DNA from: Candidatus Bathyarchaeia archaeon
Lineage (GTDB): Archaea; Thermoproteota; Bathyarchaeia; Bathyarchaeales; Bathycorpusculaceae
Length of the DNA: 64,000 nt
Assembly: GCA_050012755.1 (NCBI GenBank)
Contig: JBEKGO010000003.1
Location: forward strand, 1-64,000
Direction: 5' to 3'
Position 1 is the first letter of the stretch, and every line of letters starts with the position of its first letter. Position numbers and translations under genes: made by a program. Below the pieces are notes generated by a model. It was not told the DNA's origin. It was given only the letters and a program-made list of their open reading frames with translations, and made no database searches. Positions 20,106 through 29,490 of this stretch are shown here, one piece after another.

Positions 20106-20354
20106 TTATTTTTTGCTCCGTTTCGTTTTCGAGAGAAGCAAGTACACCGGTTTATTCAATAGTTTAGCGGTTTCCCTAATTGTTGGTTTAACAACTGCGT
20201 AAGGAGCGGATACTGGACCTATAATGTCAGAAACTTTACCTACAGCATTTAAGTTCTCATCAACAACTTCTGAGCCAATTCTAGGAGCTTGTTCGCTTTT
20301 AACAATCATGTTTTTGGATGGAGTTAACGCCCGCACTTTGCCCAATTTCTGCAA
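20106..20354 (-). CDS. gar1: H/ACA RNP protein Gar1
   Basis: VGKVSDIIGPVSAPY motif; gar1-tfb synteny. Confidence 0.88.
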   Translation of the reverse strand: MQKLGKVRALTPSKNMIVKSEQAPRIGSEVVDENLNAVGKVSDIIGPVSAPYAVVKPTIRETAKLLNKPVYLLLSKTKRSKK

Positions 20355-20515
20355 ACGCCCATTCCCCTCTCGAAAAACATGTAGGAGACCGTAGAAGCTT
20401 ATTTAAAGCTTTCTAAGAGCTTTAAAAGCGGAAAGTTTGGACTGACGTTTTAGAGCAGAAAGCTTCTTAAATAAGAAGTGTGGATAAGACTGTGCCTTAA
20501 AAGGGTGAGGCTAAT

Positions 20516-20896
20516 ATGTCTAAACCATTCTATGTAAAGTATGAAGTACCGAAAGAAATCGTAGATGCAGCCTATGAAGCCCTAACAATTGCTTCTAAAT
20601 CAGGAGTAGTTAGGAAAGGAACAAATGAAGCAACAAAAGCTGTTGAGCGATCCATAGCAAAACTTGTTATAATAGCTGAAGACGTTGATCCACCGGAAGT
20701 CGTGGCTCATTTACCGCTTCTCTGTGAAGAAAGAAAAATACCATACGTATTCGTTCCAAGCAAAGAAAAACTGGGCGCCGCAATTGGCATAGACGTTCAA
20801 TGTGCAGCAGCATGCATTCTCAAAGAAGGCGAAGCCGCAGGATTAATCAAAGAAATAGTAACACGAATTGACCAGGTTAAACGAGGAACTCAGTAA
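20516..20896 (+). CDS. rpl7ae: 50S ribosomal protein L7Ae
   Basis: [13 protein letters not shown] and [15 protein letters not shown]. Confidence 0.97.
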   Translation: MSKPFYVKYEVPKEIVDAAYEALTIASKSGVVRKGTNEATKAVERSIAKLVIIAEDVDPPEVVAHLPLLCEERKIPYVFVPSKEKLGAAIGIDVQCAAACILKEGEAAGLIKEIVTRIDQVKRGTQ

Positions 20897-21114
20897 TGAG
20901 TAAAGAAGCAGCTGAAGAGCCGATTCCGTCAGAAGTTATCCAAGTCATAGGTCGAACAGGCGTTACTGGCGAAATCTCACAGGTTCGAGTGCGCATAATG
21001 GAAGGCAAAGACAAAGGCAGAATCATCACACGCAACGTTAAAGGACCAGTGCGAGTTCAAGATATTCTGATGCTGCGAGAAACAGAAAGAGAAGCAAAGA
21101 AAATCACAAGATAG
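20896..21114 (+). CDS. rps28e: 30S ribosomal protein S28e
   Basis: IGRTGVTGE and RNVKGPVR...LRETEREA. Confidence 0.97.
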   Translation: MSKEAAEEPIPSEVIQVIGRTGVTGEISQVRVRIMEGKDKGRIITRNVKGPVRVQDILMLRETEREAKKITR

Positions 21115-21135
21115 ACGCATAGGAGAAAAATTGTC

Positions 21136-21333
21136 ATGCCAAAAAACCGTAAATGTTCGTTCTGTGGTGCTGATTTCCCAGCAGGCACAGGCATGATGTT
21201 CGTTAAAAACGATGGATCAATTCTCTGGTTCGATTCTGGCAAATGCAAGAAAAGTTCGCTGCAATTCAAACGAGATGCACGCAAACTAAAGTGGACTAAA
21301 TATTTCGGTAAAGAAGAGAAAGGAAAAGGTTGA
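21136..21333 (+). CDS. rpl24e: 50S ribosomal protein L24e
   Basis: CSFCG...GTGMMFVKNDG...RKLKWT. Confidence 0.96.
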   Translation: MPKNRKCSFCGADFPAGTGMMFVKNDGSILWFDSGKCKKSSLQFKRDARKLKWTKYFGKEEKGKG

Positions 21334-21488
21334 GACCGGGTTCTTTCCAAATTTCAACCCATTTTTTCATAATATTTTATTTGCTATTCGACTTTCTACA
21401 GAAGACTTATCTTTTAACTATTTGCCTTGCACTTTAAGGTGCTAATCTGCCAGTTTTTCGTACCAAAAAAGAAGCCTTCTGCTGGTTA

Positions 21489-21755
21489 ATGTCCGGCAAA
21501 AAAACAATCGATGTCCGAAAAGGCAATCCATTTCGCGGAGAATTCGCTGTTTACTTTTCAGGTCGAAATGTTCTGAGAATGAAAATTACGAAGAGGGAAG
21601 CTGGAAGGTTGGAGGAGGTTGTTAGGTGGGGCAATTACCGTTTGGTTATTCCGTCTGCTTTGATTCTTGATGATGCTCTAGCTTATTTACGTGGGCTTTA
21701 TCCTGGGTACGATGGCGTTTTCAGTGCTTATTATGTTGCGCTTTTGGAAAGTTAA
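21489..21755 (+). CDS. hypothetical protein
   Basis: 88-aa ATG ORF in an intergenic gap; no recognised motif. Confidence 0.35.
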   Translation: MSGKKTIDVRKGNPFRGEFAVYFSGRNVLRMKITKREAGRLEEVVRWGNYRLVIPSALILDDALAYLRGLYPGYDGVFSAYYVALLES

Positions 21756-21910
21756 TAATATTTTTTCTGGTTTACTAAAAGAGTCAAAATTTTACTTGAA
21801 TTTACTTATTACTATGAAATGAAGTCCGTTTTTAGTAAAAATAATCATAAAAACGTAATGCTTAAATAGAAAGCTAAACACTCTTTCTAATCTAAAATGA
21901 GGAATAAAAA

Positions 21911-22948
21911 ATGATGACATTTAGCGGTTGTTACACAGCACTAATAACCCCTCTAACCAGTAATCGCCAAGTCGATTACGAAGGCTTACGTCAACTGGTA
22001 GATTTCCAAATACAACAAGGCGTAAAGGGCATTCTTGCCGTTGGAACAACTGGCGAAAGCCCCACCTTAGACTGGCATGAACACAACCAGGTAATTGAAA
22101 AAACCCATAACTTCGCAGGCACACAATGCCTAACCATAGCTGGGACAGGAAGCAACTCAACCCAGGAAGCAATCGAAGGCACCGAGCATGCCCAGAATCT
22201 AGGCATAAAATGTGTTCTTCTTGTAGATCCATATTATAATGGACCAAGCTCTATGGAAATTCGCAGAGAGTACATTGAACCAATCGCGCGGCAGTTTCCC
22301 GAAATCCAGGTAATTCCATATATTATTCCAGGTAGGACGGGAACTCAGCTTTATCCTCAAGATCTCGCAGTTCTCCATCAGCAATATTCAAACGTTAGAT
22401 GCGTGAAGGAAGCCACTGGTGATTTGAAAAACATGGAGTTAACCCGTCAATTTTGCGGAGAAGACTTTGACATCCTCTCAGGCGACGATGACAAAACCTA
22501 CACAATGATGATTTCGCCCGACATTGGCGCAAGCGGTGTCATTTCAGTCGTGTCCAATGTAGTTCCGAGCGCAGTTGTGGACATGGTGTACTACCTTCTG
22601 GATGGCAACGAAGAAGCCGCTAGTGTAATCGCCCAAGCTTTACAGCCGCTCTTCAGTTTAGTCACAGTGAAGACTCAAGAGCAAACGCCCTATGGACCAG
22701 TAACCTGCAAAGCAAGAAATCCGTTGGCGTACAAGACTCTGATGAGCGTGCTCGGCATGCCCTCTGGCCCATGCAGACAACCTTTGGGGAAAATGACACG
22801 CGCTGGTTTAGAAGTAGTCCTAACGACCGTGCGAAAAGTCTACGAAACCAATCCACAGATTCTACAGCCAGTTGCAGACTACTTTAACGTTGACCTAACG
22901 GACCGACTTTACAATGCGAAGTACTTAGAGGGTCTCTATTATGCTTAA
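21911..22948 (+). CDS. dapA: 4-hydroxy-tetrahydrodipicolinate synthase
   Basis: GTTGESPTL, GTGSNST, VKEATGD and SGDD motifs. Confidence 0.93.
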   Translation: MMTFSGCYTALITPLTSNRQVDYEGLRQLVDFQIQQGVKGILAVGTTGESPTLDWHEHNQVIEKTHNFAGTQCLTIAGTGSNSTQEAIEGTEHAQNLGIKCVLLVDPYYNGPSSMEIRREYIEPIARQFPEIQVIPYIIPGRTGTQLYPQDLAVLHQQYSNVRCVKEATGDLKNMELTRQFCGEDFDILSGDDDKTYTMMISPDIGASGVISVVSNVVPSAVVDMVYYLLDGNEEAASVIAQALQPLFSLVTVKTQEQTPYGPVTCKARNPLAYKTLMSVLGMPSGPCRQPLGKMTRAGLEVVLTTVRKVYETNPQILQPVADYFNVDLTDRLYNAKYLEGLYYA

Positions 22949-23735
22949 GCTGTGTGTAGCAGGTGCCGCGGGCAGAATGGGCAACGCCATTATGGCTGAA
23001 GCATCATCGAAGGGGCATCAAATCGTGGGTGCAATAGAAGCTCCCAATAATCCAAACATCGGCAGACCTCTTCGGGAACTTGGCATAACCAATTCCGAAA
23101 CGCAAATTCTCAGTTCTGACTACTTAGGCGAAGCCTTGCATGGCGCAGATACTTACGTTAGCTTCACAGTGCCTGCCGCCGAGCTAATTAACATACCAAC
23201 AGTTGTTAATCTTGGAAAACGAATAATCTTAGGTACAACAGGATTCACAGCAGAGCAAAACCGTCAAGTTGTATCTGCAATGATGGGTAAAGTTCCGGCA
23301 GTGTTCTCACCAAACTATTCCGTAGGCGTTAACATAATGTTCAAGCTAACAGAATCTTTGAAGGCTTTTCCATCGGGGTATGACTTTAGCATAAACGAAA
23401 TCCATCATACGGGCAAAAAGGATGCGCCAAGTGGCACCGCCAAGAAGCTTGGCGAAATCGTAGCTAATATCCGCGGCTACAGTAAAGTTGTTTCTGGACG
23501 AGAAGGCATAAGCCCCCGTCGAGCTGAAGAACTTGAAATCACAGCGTTACGCGCAGGAGGCGTACCTGGTATACATGATTTAATCGTTGCGGGACAATAT
23601 GAAATGCTAAGAATAGAGCACACTGCGTTCTCACGTAACGTGTTTGCACAAGGCGCAGTTTACGCGGCTGAATGGCTAAGCAAGCAAGATGAACCTAAGG
23701 TATTCAGCATGGCTGACGTTTTAGGGCTATCTTAA
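22941..23735 (+). CDS. dapB: 4-hydroxy-tetrahydrodipicolinate reductase
   Basis: GAAGRMG, GTTG and EIHHTGKKDAPSGTA. Confidence 0.95.
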   Translation: MLKLCVAGAAGRMGNAIMAEASSKGHQIVGAIEAPNNPNIGRPLRELGITNSETQILSSDYLGEALHGADTYVSFTVPAAELINIPTVVNLGKRIILGTTGFTAEQNRQVVSAMMGKVPAVFSPNYSVGVNIMFKLTESLKAFPSGYDFSINEIHHTGKKDAPSGTAKKLGEIVANIRGYSKVVSGREGISPRRAEELEITALRAGGVPGIHDLIVAGQYEMLRIEHTAFSRNVFAQGAVYAAEWLSKQDEPKVFSMADVLGLS

Positions 23736-23801
23736 GCGAAAATCAACCATTAACTTTTTTATCGTCGATAACTAAGTCAAAAGGGCAGGAAGAAACAAAA
23801 A

Positions 23802-24860
23802 ATGACGATGAAGCGTAAGGTTGCAATATTAGGAGCAACAGGAGCTGTTGGTCAACGGTACATCCAACTCTTGCAGGGGCACCCGTGGTTCCAAATTGAG
23901 GTGCTTGCTGCTTCAGAGCGGTCAGCAGGCAAAAAATATGGAGATGCTTGCAACTGGGTAATGGAGTCAAATTTGCCTAAAGAAATTGCTGAAATGCCGG
24001 TGGCAAACGCTGATGTTGAGTCAGTTGAGAAAGCAGGCGACGTTGACTTAGTGTTTTCTTCGTTGCCTGGTGATTTGGCAGGTCCGGTTGAATCCGAATT
24101 CGCAGCTCTTTTTCCAGTCTTTAGCAAGGCAAGCGCTCATCGGATGGAAAAAGATGTTCCCTTAATTATTCCTGAAATAAACGCGGATCATGCTGAGCTG
24201 ATAAAGATTCAGCAGAATCTACGAGGCTGGAAAGGTTTCATAACGACCGACCCCAACTGCAGCACTATCCAGCTTGCGATTTCGCTTAAGCCTTTGATGC
24301 AGTTTGGCTTAAAAGAAATTATTGTTTCAACCATGCAGGCGCTTAGTGGAGCAGGATATCCAGGTGTTCCTTCGCTTGACATAATTGATAATGTAGTTCC
24401 CTTCATCTCTGGTGAAGAAGAGAAAATGGAAGCTGAAGCCCTAAAGATTCTTGGCAACTTCAACGGCAAAGGTGTGCAGAACGCCGATTTCAAGCTTAGT
24501 GCAAGCTGCAACAGAGTTCAAGTGAAAGACGGCCATTTAGAATCAGTTTTCATAAAACTCGCAGAAGACCCTTCTTTAAAGGAAATCGAAACTGCCTTTG
24601 CTAACTTTAGGGGCGAACCGCAAAAACTCAAGTTGCCTTCTGCTCCGGCAAACCCAATTGTGGTTCGGCATGAGAGGAATAGGCCTCAGCCTCGCTTTGA
24701 CCGCGATGCCGGTTGCGGAATGAGCGTTGTGGTGGGCAGAATCCGTAAGGATCCAATAATGACTTTCAAATATATGTGCCTTGGACATAATACTATTCGC
24801 GGCGGTGCTGGCGCAGGCGTTTTGAGCGCTGAGCTCTTTGTGGCTAAAGGGTTAGCCTAG
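23802..24860 (+). CDS. asd: aspartate-semialdehyde dehydrogenase
   Basis: LGATGAVGQ, PNCST, QALSGAG and HNTIRGGAG. Confidence 0.95.
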   Translation: MTMKRKVAILGATGAVGQRYIQLLQGHPWFQIEVLAASERSAGKKYGDACNWVMESNLPKEIAEMPVANADVESVEKAGDVDLVFSSLPGDLAGPVESEFAALFPVFSKASAHRMEKDVPLIIPEINADHAELIKIQQNLRGWKGFITTDPNCSTIQLAISLKPLMQFGLKEIIVSTMQALSGAGYPGVPSLDIIDNVVPFISGEEEKMEAEALKILGNFNGKGVQNADFKLSASCNRVQVKDGHLESVFIKLAEDPSLKEIETAFANFRGEPQKLKLPSAPANPIVVRHERNRPQPRFDRDAGCGMSVVVGRIRKDPIMTFKYMCLGHNTIRGGAGAGVLSAELFVAKGLA

Positions 24861-24886
24861 AACTCTCCGAATTTGCGATAATCCGG

Positions 24887-26182
24887 GTGCAAAAAGTGGT
24901 TAAAACTAGAAAGCTTCGTGAACCCTTAGAGGACCGAAAAGGCTGCTTATTCTTTGATGGTGCTTCGGTTAAGGAATTAGCTCAAAAATATGATACGCCA
25001 TTATATGTTGTAAGTGAAAAACGACTCAGGGACAACTACAATCGGATTCATGACGCTTTAATCCGCCATTACAAATACGTGAGGATATATTATGCTGCGA
25101 AAGCCAACTCTAACCTGACAGTTCTAAAAATTCTGCAGTCCCAAGGCGCATATTTAGATACTGTTAGCCCAGGCGAAGTGTACATGGGGCTAATCAGTGG
25201 GTACACTCCTGATCGATTAATGTTCACTGGGACCAGTGTTCGAAATGATGAATTAAAATTTCTTGCAGACGCAAACATCACGGTGAATGTCGACTCGCAG
25301 TCAGAGTTGGATCGGCTCCTAAAAATTACGGTACCACCCGTTTTGTCAGTGCGCGTTAACCCAGAAATCGGAGCAGGTCACCATAGCCACTGCATCACCG
25401 CCGGTTCCGACTCAAAATTTGGGCTTTGGGAAGAAGAAACGATTCAGGCTTATGCGATTGCTAAGAGAGCAAGAGTGGAACGTTTCGGTATTCATATGCA
25501 CATTGGCTCTGGCATCCTTGAAGTAGAACCCTACGTGTTAGCAGTTGAGAAGCTACTTAGTATCGCCAAGAGAGTTCACGAGGAAGTAGGCATAGATTTC
25601 GAATTCATCGATATTGGAGGCGGCTTTGGAGTTCCTTACAAGCCAGAGGATAAAGAATTTGATTTGGCAGAATTTGGTTCGAAAGTGGTTGCACCGTTTA
25701 AAGCCAAGGTTGCTGAATATGGTCTTGGCAAACCATTTTTGTACATTGAACCAGGCAGATACTTAGTCTGTGACGCAAGCATTTTGTTAACGTCAGTTAA
25801 CACCGTAAAGGTGACGCCTTCAAAAAAATTCGTAGGTGTCGATGCAGGCTTCAACACGCTGGTTAGACCAACAATGTATGGCTCCTACCATCCAGTGCTT
25901 GTTGCTAATAAGCTTGGAGCGACTGATAGGAAAATTTATGATGTTGTGGGTCCTATCTGCGAGTCTGGTGACGCCTTAGCTAAAGATCGAGAGTTGCCAG
26001 TTGTTGAGGAAGGCGATTTACTTGCGATTTTGAATGCTGGAGCATACGGTTTCAGCATGAGTTCACACTACAATGCGAGACCACGAGCAGCAGAAGTCCT
26101 AATCAGGCAAGGCAAACCTTTTCTTATTAGGGAACGGGAACAGCTCGATAATTTAACGGCAAATCAAAAAATGGCAGAGTGA
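24887..26182 (+). CDS. lysA: diaminopimelate decarboxylase
   Basis: YAAKAN, HMHIGS, EPGRY, GPICESGD and GAYG. Confidence 0.95.
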   Translation: MQKVVKTRKLREPLEDRKGCLFFDGASVKELAQKYDTPLYVVSEKRLRDNYNRIHDALIRHYKYVRIYYAAKANSNLTVLKILQSQGAYLDTVSPGEVYMGLISGYTPDRLMFTGTSVRNDELKFLADANITVNVDSQSELDRLLKITVPPVLSVRVNPEIGAGHHSHCITAGSDSKFGLWEEETIQAYAIAKRARVERFGIHMHIGSGILEVEPYVLAVEKLLSIAKRVHEEVGIDFEFIDIGGGFGVPYKPEDKEFDLAEFGSKVVAPFKAKVAEYGLGKPFLYIEPGRYLVCDASILLTSVNTVKVTPSKKFVGVDAGFNTLVRPTMYGSYHPVLVANKLGATDRKIYDVVGPICESGDALAKDRELPVVEEGDLLAILNAGAYGFSMSSHYNARPRAAEVLIRQGKPFLIREREQLDNLTANQKMAE

Positions 26183-26186
26183 CCAT

Positions 26187-27020
26187 ATGCGCTTCTGGAA
26201 AATGCATGGTTTAGGCAATGACTACATAGTAATCGACAACCGAGACGAAAGAATAAGCAGTAAGCAGGCTGCAGATTTGGCCAAAAGGCTCTGTGAACGC
26301 CGTTTTTCGGTTGGTGCAGATGGGCTGCTTCTTGTTTCTAACTCGAAAATTGCTGAAGCTAAGATGAGAATTTTCAACGCTGACGGTAGCGAAGCAGAAA
26401 TGTGCGGCAACGGAATCCGTTGCTTTGCTAAGTACTGCTACGAAAATGGCATTGTTCCCAAGCCAGATTTCACTGTTGAGACGCTGTCGGGCTTAAAGCA
26501 TGTATGGTTGACCGTAAGTGGCATAAATGTTGCGGCTGTCAAAGTGGATATGGGCGCGCCTAGCTGGGCAAGAAGTTTCCTTCCTATGGCTGGCCAAGGC
26601 ACTTGCATCGACGAAAACCTAAACGTTAACGGCGAAAGCTTCAGGGTTACTTGCCTTTCAATGGGCAACCCACACTGCATAGTATTCGTTGACAACGCAG
26701 ACAATTTTCCGGTAGACCAAATAGGCCCAAAAATCGAGAATCATAAGGCTTTTCCGAAAAGAACCAACGTTGGCTTTGTTCAAGCCATAAGTCAAAATGA
26801 GTTGAAGGTTCGCGTTTGGGAGAGGGGCTGCGGAGAAACTCTAGCTTGCGGTACAGGAACGTGTGCGGCTGTGGCTGCGGCAAACAAGCTTGGAAAGGTG
26901 AGAAACAAAGTTACTGTTCATGTGCTGGGCGGTGACTTGCAAGTGGAAGTGGCTGAAAGTTTGCTTTTGAGCGGAACTGCCGAGAAAGTTTTCGAAGGAA
27001 CACTGTTTGGAGAAGAATAG
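26187..27020 (+). CDS. dapF: diaminopimelate epimerase
   Basis: KMHGLGND, AEMCGNGIRC and ERGCGETLACGTG. Confidence 0.96.
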   Translation: MRFWKMHGLGNDYIVIDNRDERISSKQAADLAKRLCERRFSVGADGLLLVSNSKIAEAKMRIFNADGSEAEMCGNGIRCFAKYCYENGIVPKPDFTVETLSGLKHVWLTVSGINVAAVKVDMGAPSWARSFLPMAGQGTCIDENLNVNGESFRVTCLSMGNPHCIVFVDNADNFPVDQIGPKIENHKAFPKRTNVGFVQAISQNELKVRVWERGCGETLACGTGTCAAVAAANKLGKVRNKVTVHVLGGDLQVEVAESLLLSGTAEKVFEGTLFGEE

Positions 27021-27022
27021 AT

Positions 27023-28183
27023 TTGGCGTTTGATTATGCTGAGCGGTTAAAGCGTTTGCCGCCTTACTTGTTTGCTGAAATTGAGAAAATTATTAAGGAA
27101 AAGAAGGCGCAAGGCATCGATTTGATTTCGCTGAGCATCGGTGATCCTGACCTTCCGCCGCCGGAATTTATCTTAGACGCATTCAGAGAAGAAGTAGCTG
27201 ACATAAAAAACCACAATTACTCTTTCAGCCAAGGCGAACCAGACTTCCGAGAAGCCGTTGCAGGCTGGTACAAGAAACGCTTCAACGTTGATTTGCAACA
27301 TGACCAAGTGGTTGCGCTGCTAGGCTCAAAAGAGGGCATAGCAAACATTGCCCGAGCCTTCATAAACCCAGGTGACCGCGTACTCGTACCCGACCCAGCC
27401 TACCCAGTTTACGCTAACGGTAGCACAATCCTCTGCGATGGCACAACAGTCCCAATGCCGTTGCTTGAAGAAAACGGCTTCAAACCCGATTTTGAGGCGA
27501 TAAATCCGAAAGGGGCCAAAATGATGTTTCTCAACTACCCCAACAATCCAACGGCAGCTACAGTTGACAAAGCGTTCCTTAAAGAGGCGGTTGAGTTCGC
27601 AAAAGACAACCGCATTATGCTTTGCTACGACAATGCATACTCGGAAGTCACCTATGACAGCTACTGCTCACCAAGCATTTTGGAGATTAATGGCGCCATT
27701 GACGTAGCTGTAGAGTTCCATTCGCTTTCAAAAACCTTCAACATGACAGGTGACCGCATAGGGTTTGCCGTAGGCAACAAGCAGCTTGTCGCCGGCCTAG
27801 CCAAAATCAAGTCACAAATTGACTCCGGACCGCCCGTCTACACGCAGAAAGTAGCCGTCAAAGCATTAGCCGCATATACGAGCAACAAACTACCCGTTTT
27901 CCTAAAGAAGAACAACCGAATCCTCCAAGAGCGTCGCGACATTCTAGTTGAAACCCTCTGCAAAATCGGCTACAAATGTGACAAACCCAAAGCAACCTTC
28001 TATGTTTGGGTTAACTGCAAAGGCGACTCAATGCAATTCGCAACCAAACTGCTTGACGTTGGCGTGGCAGTGACTCCAGGCGTTGGCTTTGGCAAATACG
28101 GCGAAGGTTTTGCGAGAATAACGTTTACTCAGCCTAAAGAACGAATAATTGAAGCCTGCAGCAGAATGGCCCGCGCCCTTTAA
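27023..28183 (+). CDS. dapL: LL-diaminopimelate aminotransferase
   Basis: LPPYLFAEI, GSKEG, NYPNNPT, FHSLSKTFNMTG; position in the dap operon. Confidence 0.88.
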   Translation: MAFDYAERLKRLPPYLFAEIEKIIKEKKAQGIDLISLSIGDPDLPPPEFILDAFREEVADIKNHNYSFSQGEPDFREAVAGWYKKRFNVDLQHDQVVALLGSKEGIANIARAFINPGDRVLVPDPAYPVYANGSTILCDGTTVPMPLLEENGFKPDFEAINPKGAKMMFLNYPNNPTAATVDKAFLKEAVEFAKDNRIMLCYDNAYSEVTYDSYCSPSILEINGAIDVAVEFHSLSKTFNMTGDRIGFAVGNKQLVAGLAKIKSQIDSGPPVYTQKVAVKALAAYTSNKLPVFLKKNNRILQERRDILVETLCKIGYKCDKPKATFYVWVNCKGDSMQFATKLLDVGVAVTPGVGFGKYGEGFARITFTQPKERIIEACSRMARAL

Positions 28184-28473
28184 GATTTATTTTATATCTG
28201 CCCTTGTAATTGCCGCTACAAATAATGAAATCTGAAGCCTTGACACCCTGACCGTTTTCCAATCTTTTTTCCCAAAGTTTTTACTGAATTCAACTCCAAT
28301 TATTTGTTCATTGAGTTAATCTTCTGAAAATGCGTTTTGGTTAGCTTTTTTATGCCTCGATTGGTCTCAGAGTGTTTTTCAGTTAGTCTCTTAAACAGAT
28401 TAATATTGTTTATATTTGCATTTGCAGTGTTTATATCAACTAATCTGAGTATATACTTTGGCTGTGAGGATAT

Positions 28474-29490
28474 ATGGAACGAAGAGTTATGTTGCTTGGC
28501 AGATCTTCTTTAGTTATTTCTCTTCCACAAAATTGGATGCAACTAAACGAATTAAAGAAAGGAGATGTCGTCTCATTTGCTATACAACGCGATCGCTCCC
28601 TAGTAGTTTACCCCAGTCCGAAAAAAAAGATAGAAACCAAAGAAACCACGATCCACATAGGTCCAAACGAAGACGAATTAATGATCACAATGAAGATAAT
28701 TGGCAGCTATCTAAGCGGAAACAGCGGAATAACTCTCGTCTCAGGAAGAGTTTTTTCCATTCCACAGATAAAGGCAATACGCAAGATCGCAGGAATGCTA
28801 TACATGCGAATTATGGAAGCTACCTCAAGTAGTGTCTTTATTCAAACTTTAATGGATGAAACTCAAGCAGATCTGGGGCAAACTGTGCAAAGGATGCACA
28901 TGATTTCTAAGTCAATCGGTGAAGATGCAACTAAATCCATGAAAAACAAAGATGTAACATTAGCAAAAGCCGTTTTTTCTCTTGACGAAGATGTGAATCA
29001 TTTTGCTTATTTTCTCCTTCGAGTTCTCCGAAATGCTGCCCACGATTCTGTTTTGGCTAATCAACTTCGAATTGATCCTTTGGAGTGCATGGATTATCAG
29101 ACTTTAGTTTTCATGATGCGTGAAGTCGCGGATAATTCCGCAGATCTGGCGCGACATGTGATAATGCTAGATGGATCCAAACTGAAAATTCCAGATAATG
29201 TGCTTGATCTAATGTTTATTGCAGGAAACGAAGCTGTAAATCTATACGTAAAGTCGGTGGAAACCTTCTTTTCTAAAGATCTTTTGAAGGCAGTTGAAAT
29301 TCTTAGGCAAAGACAAGGAATTGACAGGTTGGATCAAGAAATAGCAGCTAGAGCGTTTACAGAAAAACAAAAAAAGGAACAATTGGTTTGTGGAATTTGT
29401 TCTATCAGAGAGAATATAAAAAGAATTGCGGACTGTGCCGCAAACATTGCCGAGATCTCGATAAATCGAGCTTTTACTGTCCCTGTTTAG
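28474..29490 (+). CDS. AbrB-PhoU phosphate-uptake-regulator-family protein
   Basis: N-terminal AbrB (RRVMLLGRSSLVISLP) followed by two PhoU-like helical repeats. Confidence 0.85.
   Translation: MERRVMLLGRSSLVISLPQNWMQLNELKKGDVVSFAIQRDRSLVVYPSPKKKIETKETTIHIGPNEDELMITMKIIGSYLSGNSGITLVSGRVFSIPQIKAIRKIAGMLYMRIMEATSSSVFIQTLMDETQADLGQTVQRMHMISKSIGEDATKSMKNKDVTLAKAVFSLDEDVNHFAYFLLRVLRNAAHDSVLANQLRIDPLECMDYQTLVFMMREVADNSADLARHVIMLDGSKLKIPDNVLDLMFIAGNEAVNLYVKSVETFFSKDLLKAVEILRQRQGIDRLDQEIAARAFTEKQKKEQLVCGICSIRENIKRIADCAANIAEISINRAFTVPV

Noticed and set aside
20355-20515. RNase P RNA or another RNA gene between gar1 and rpl7ae
   Set aside because: Only about 160 bp, AT-rich, and consistent with divergent promoters.
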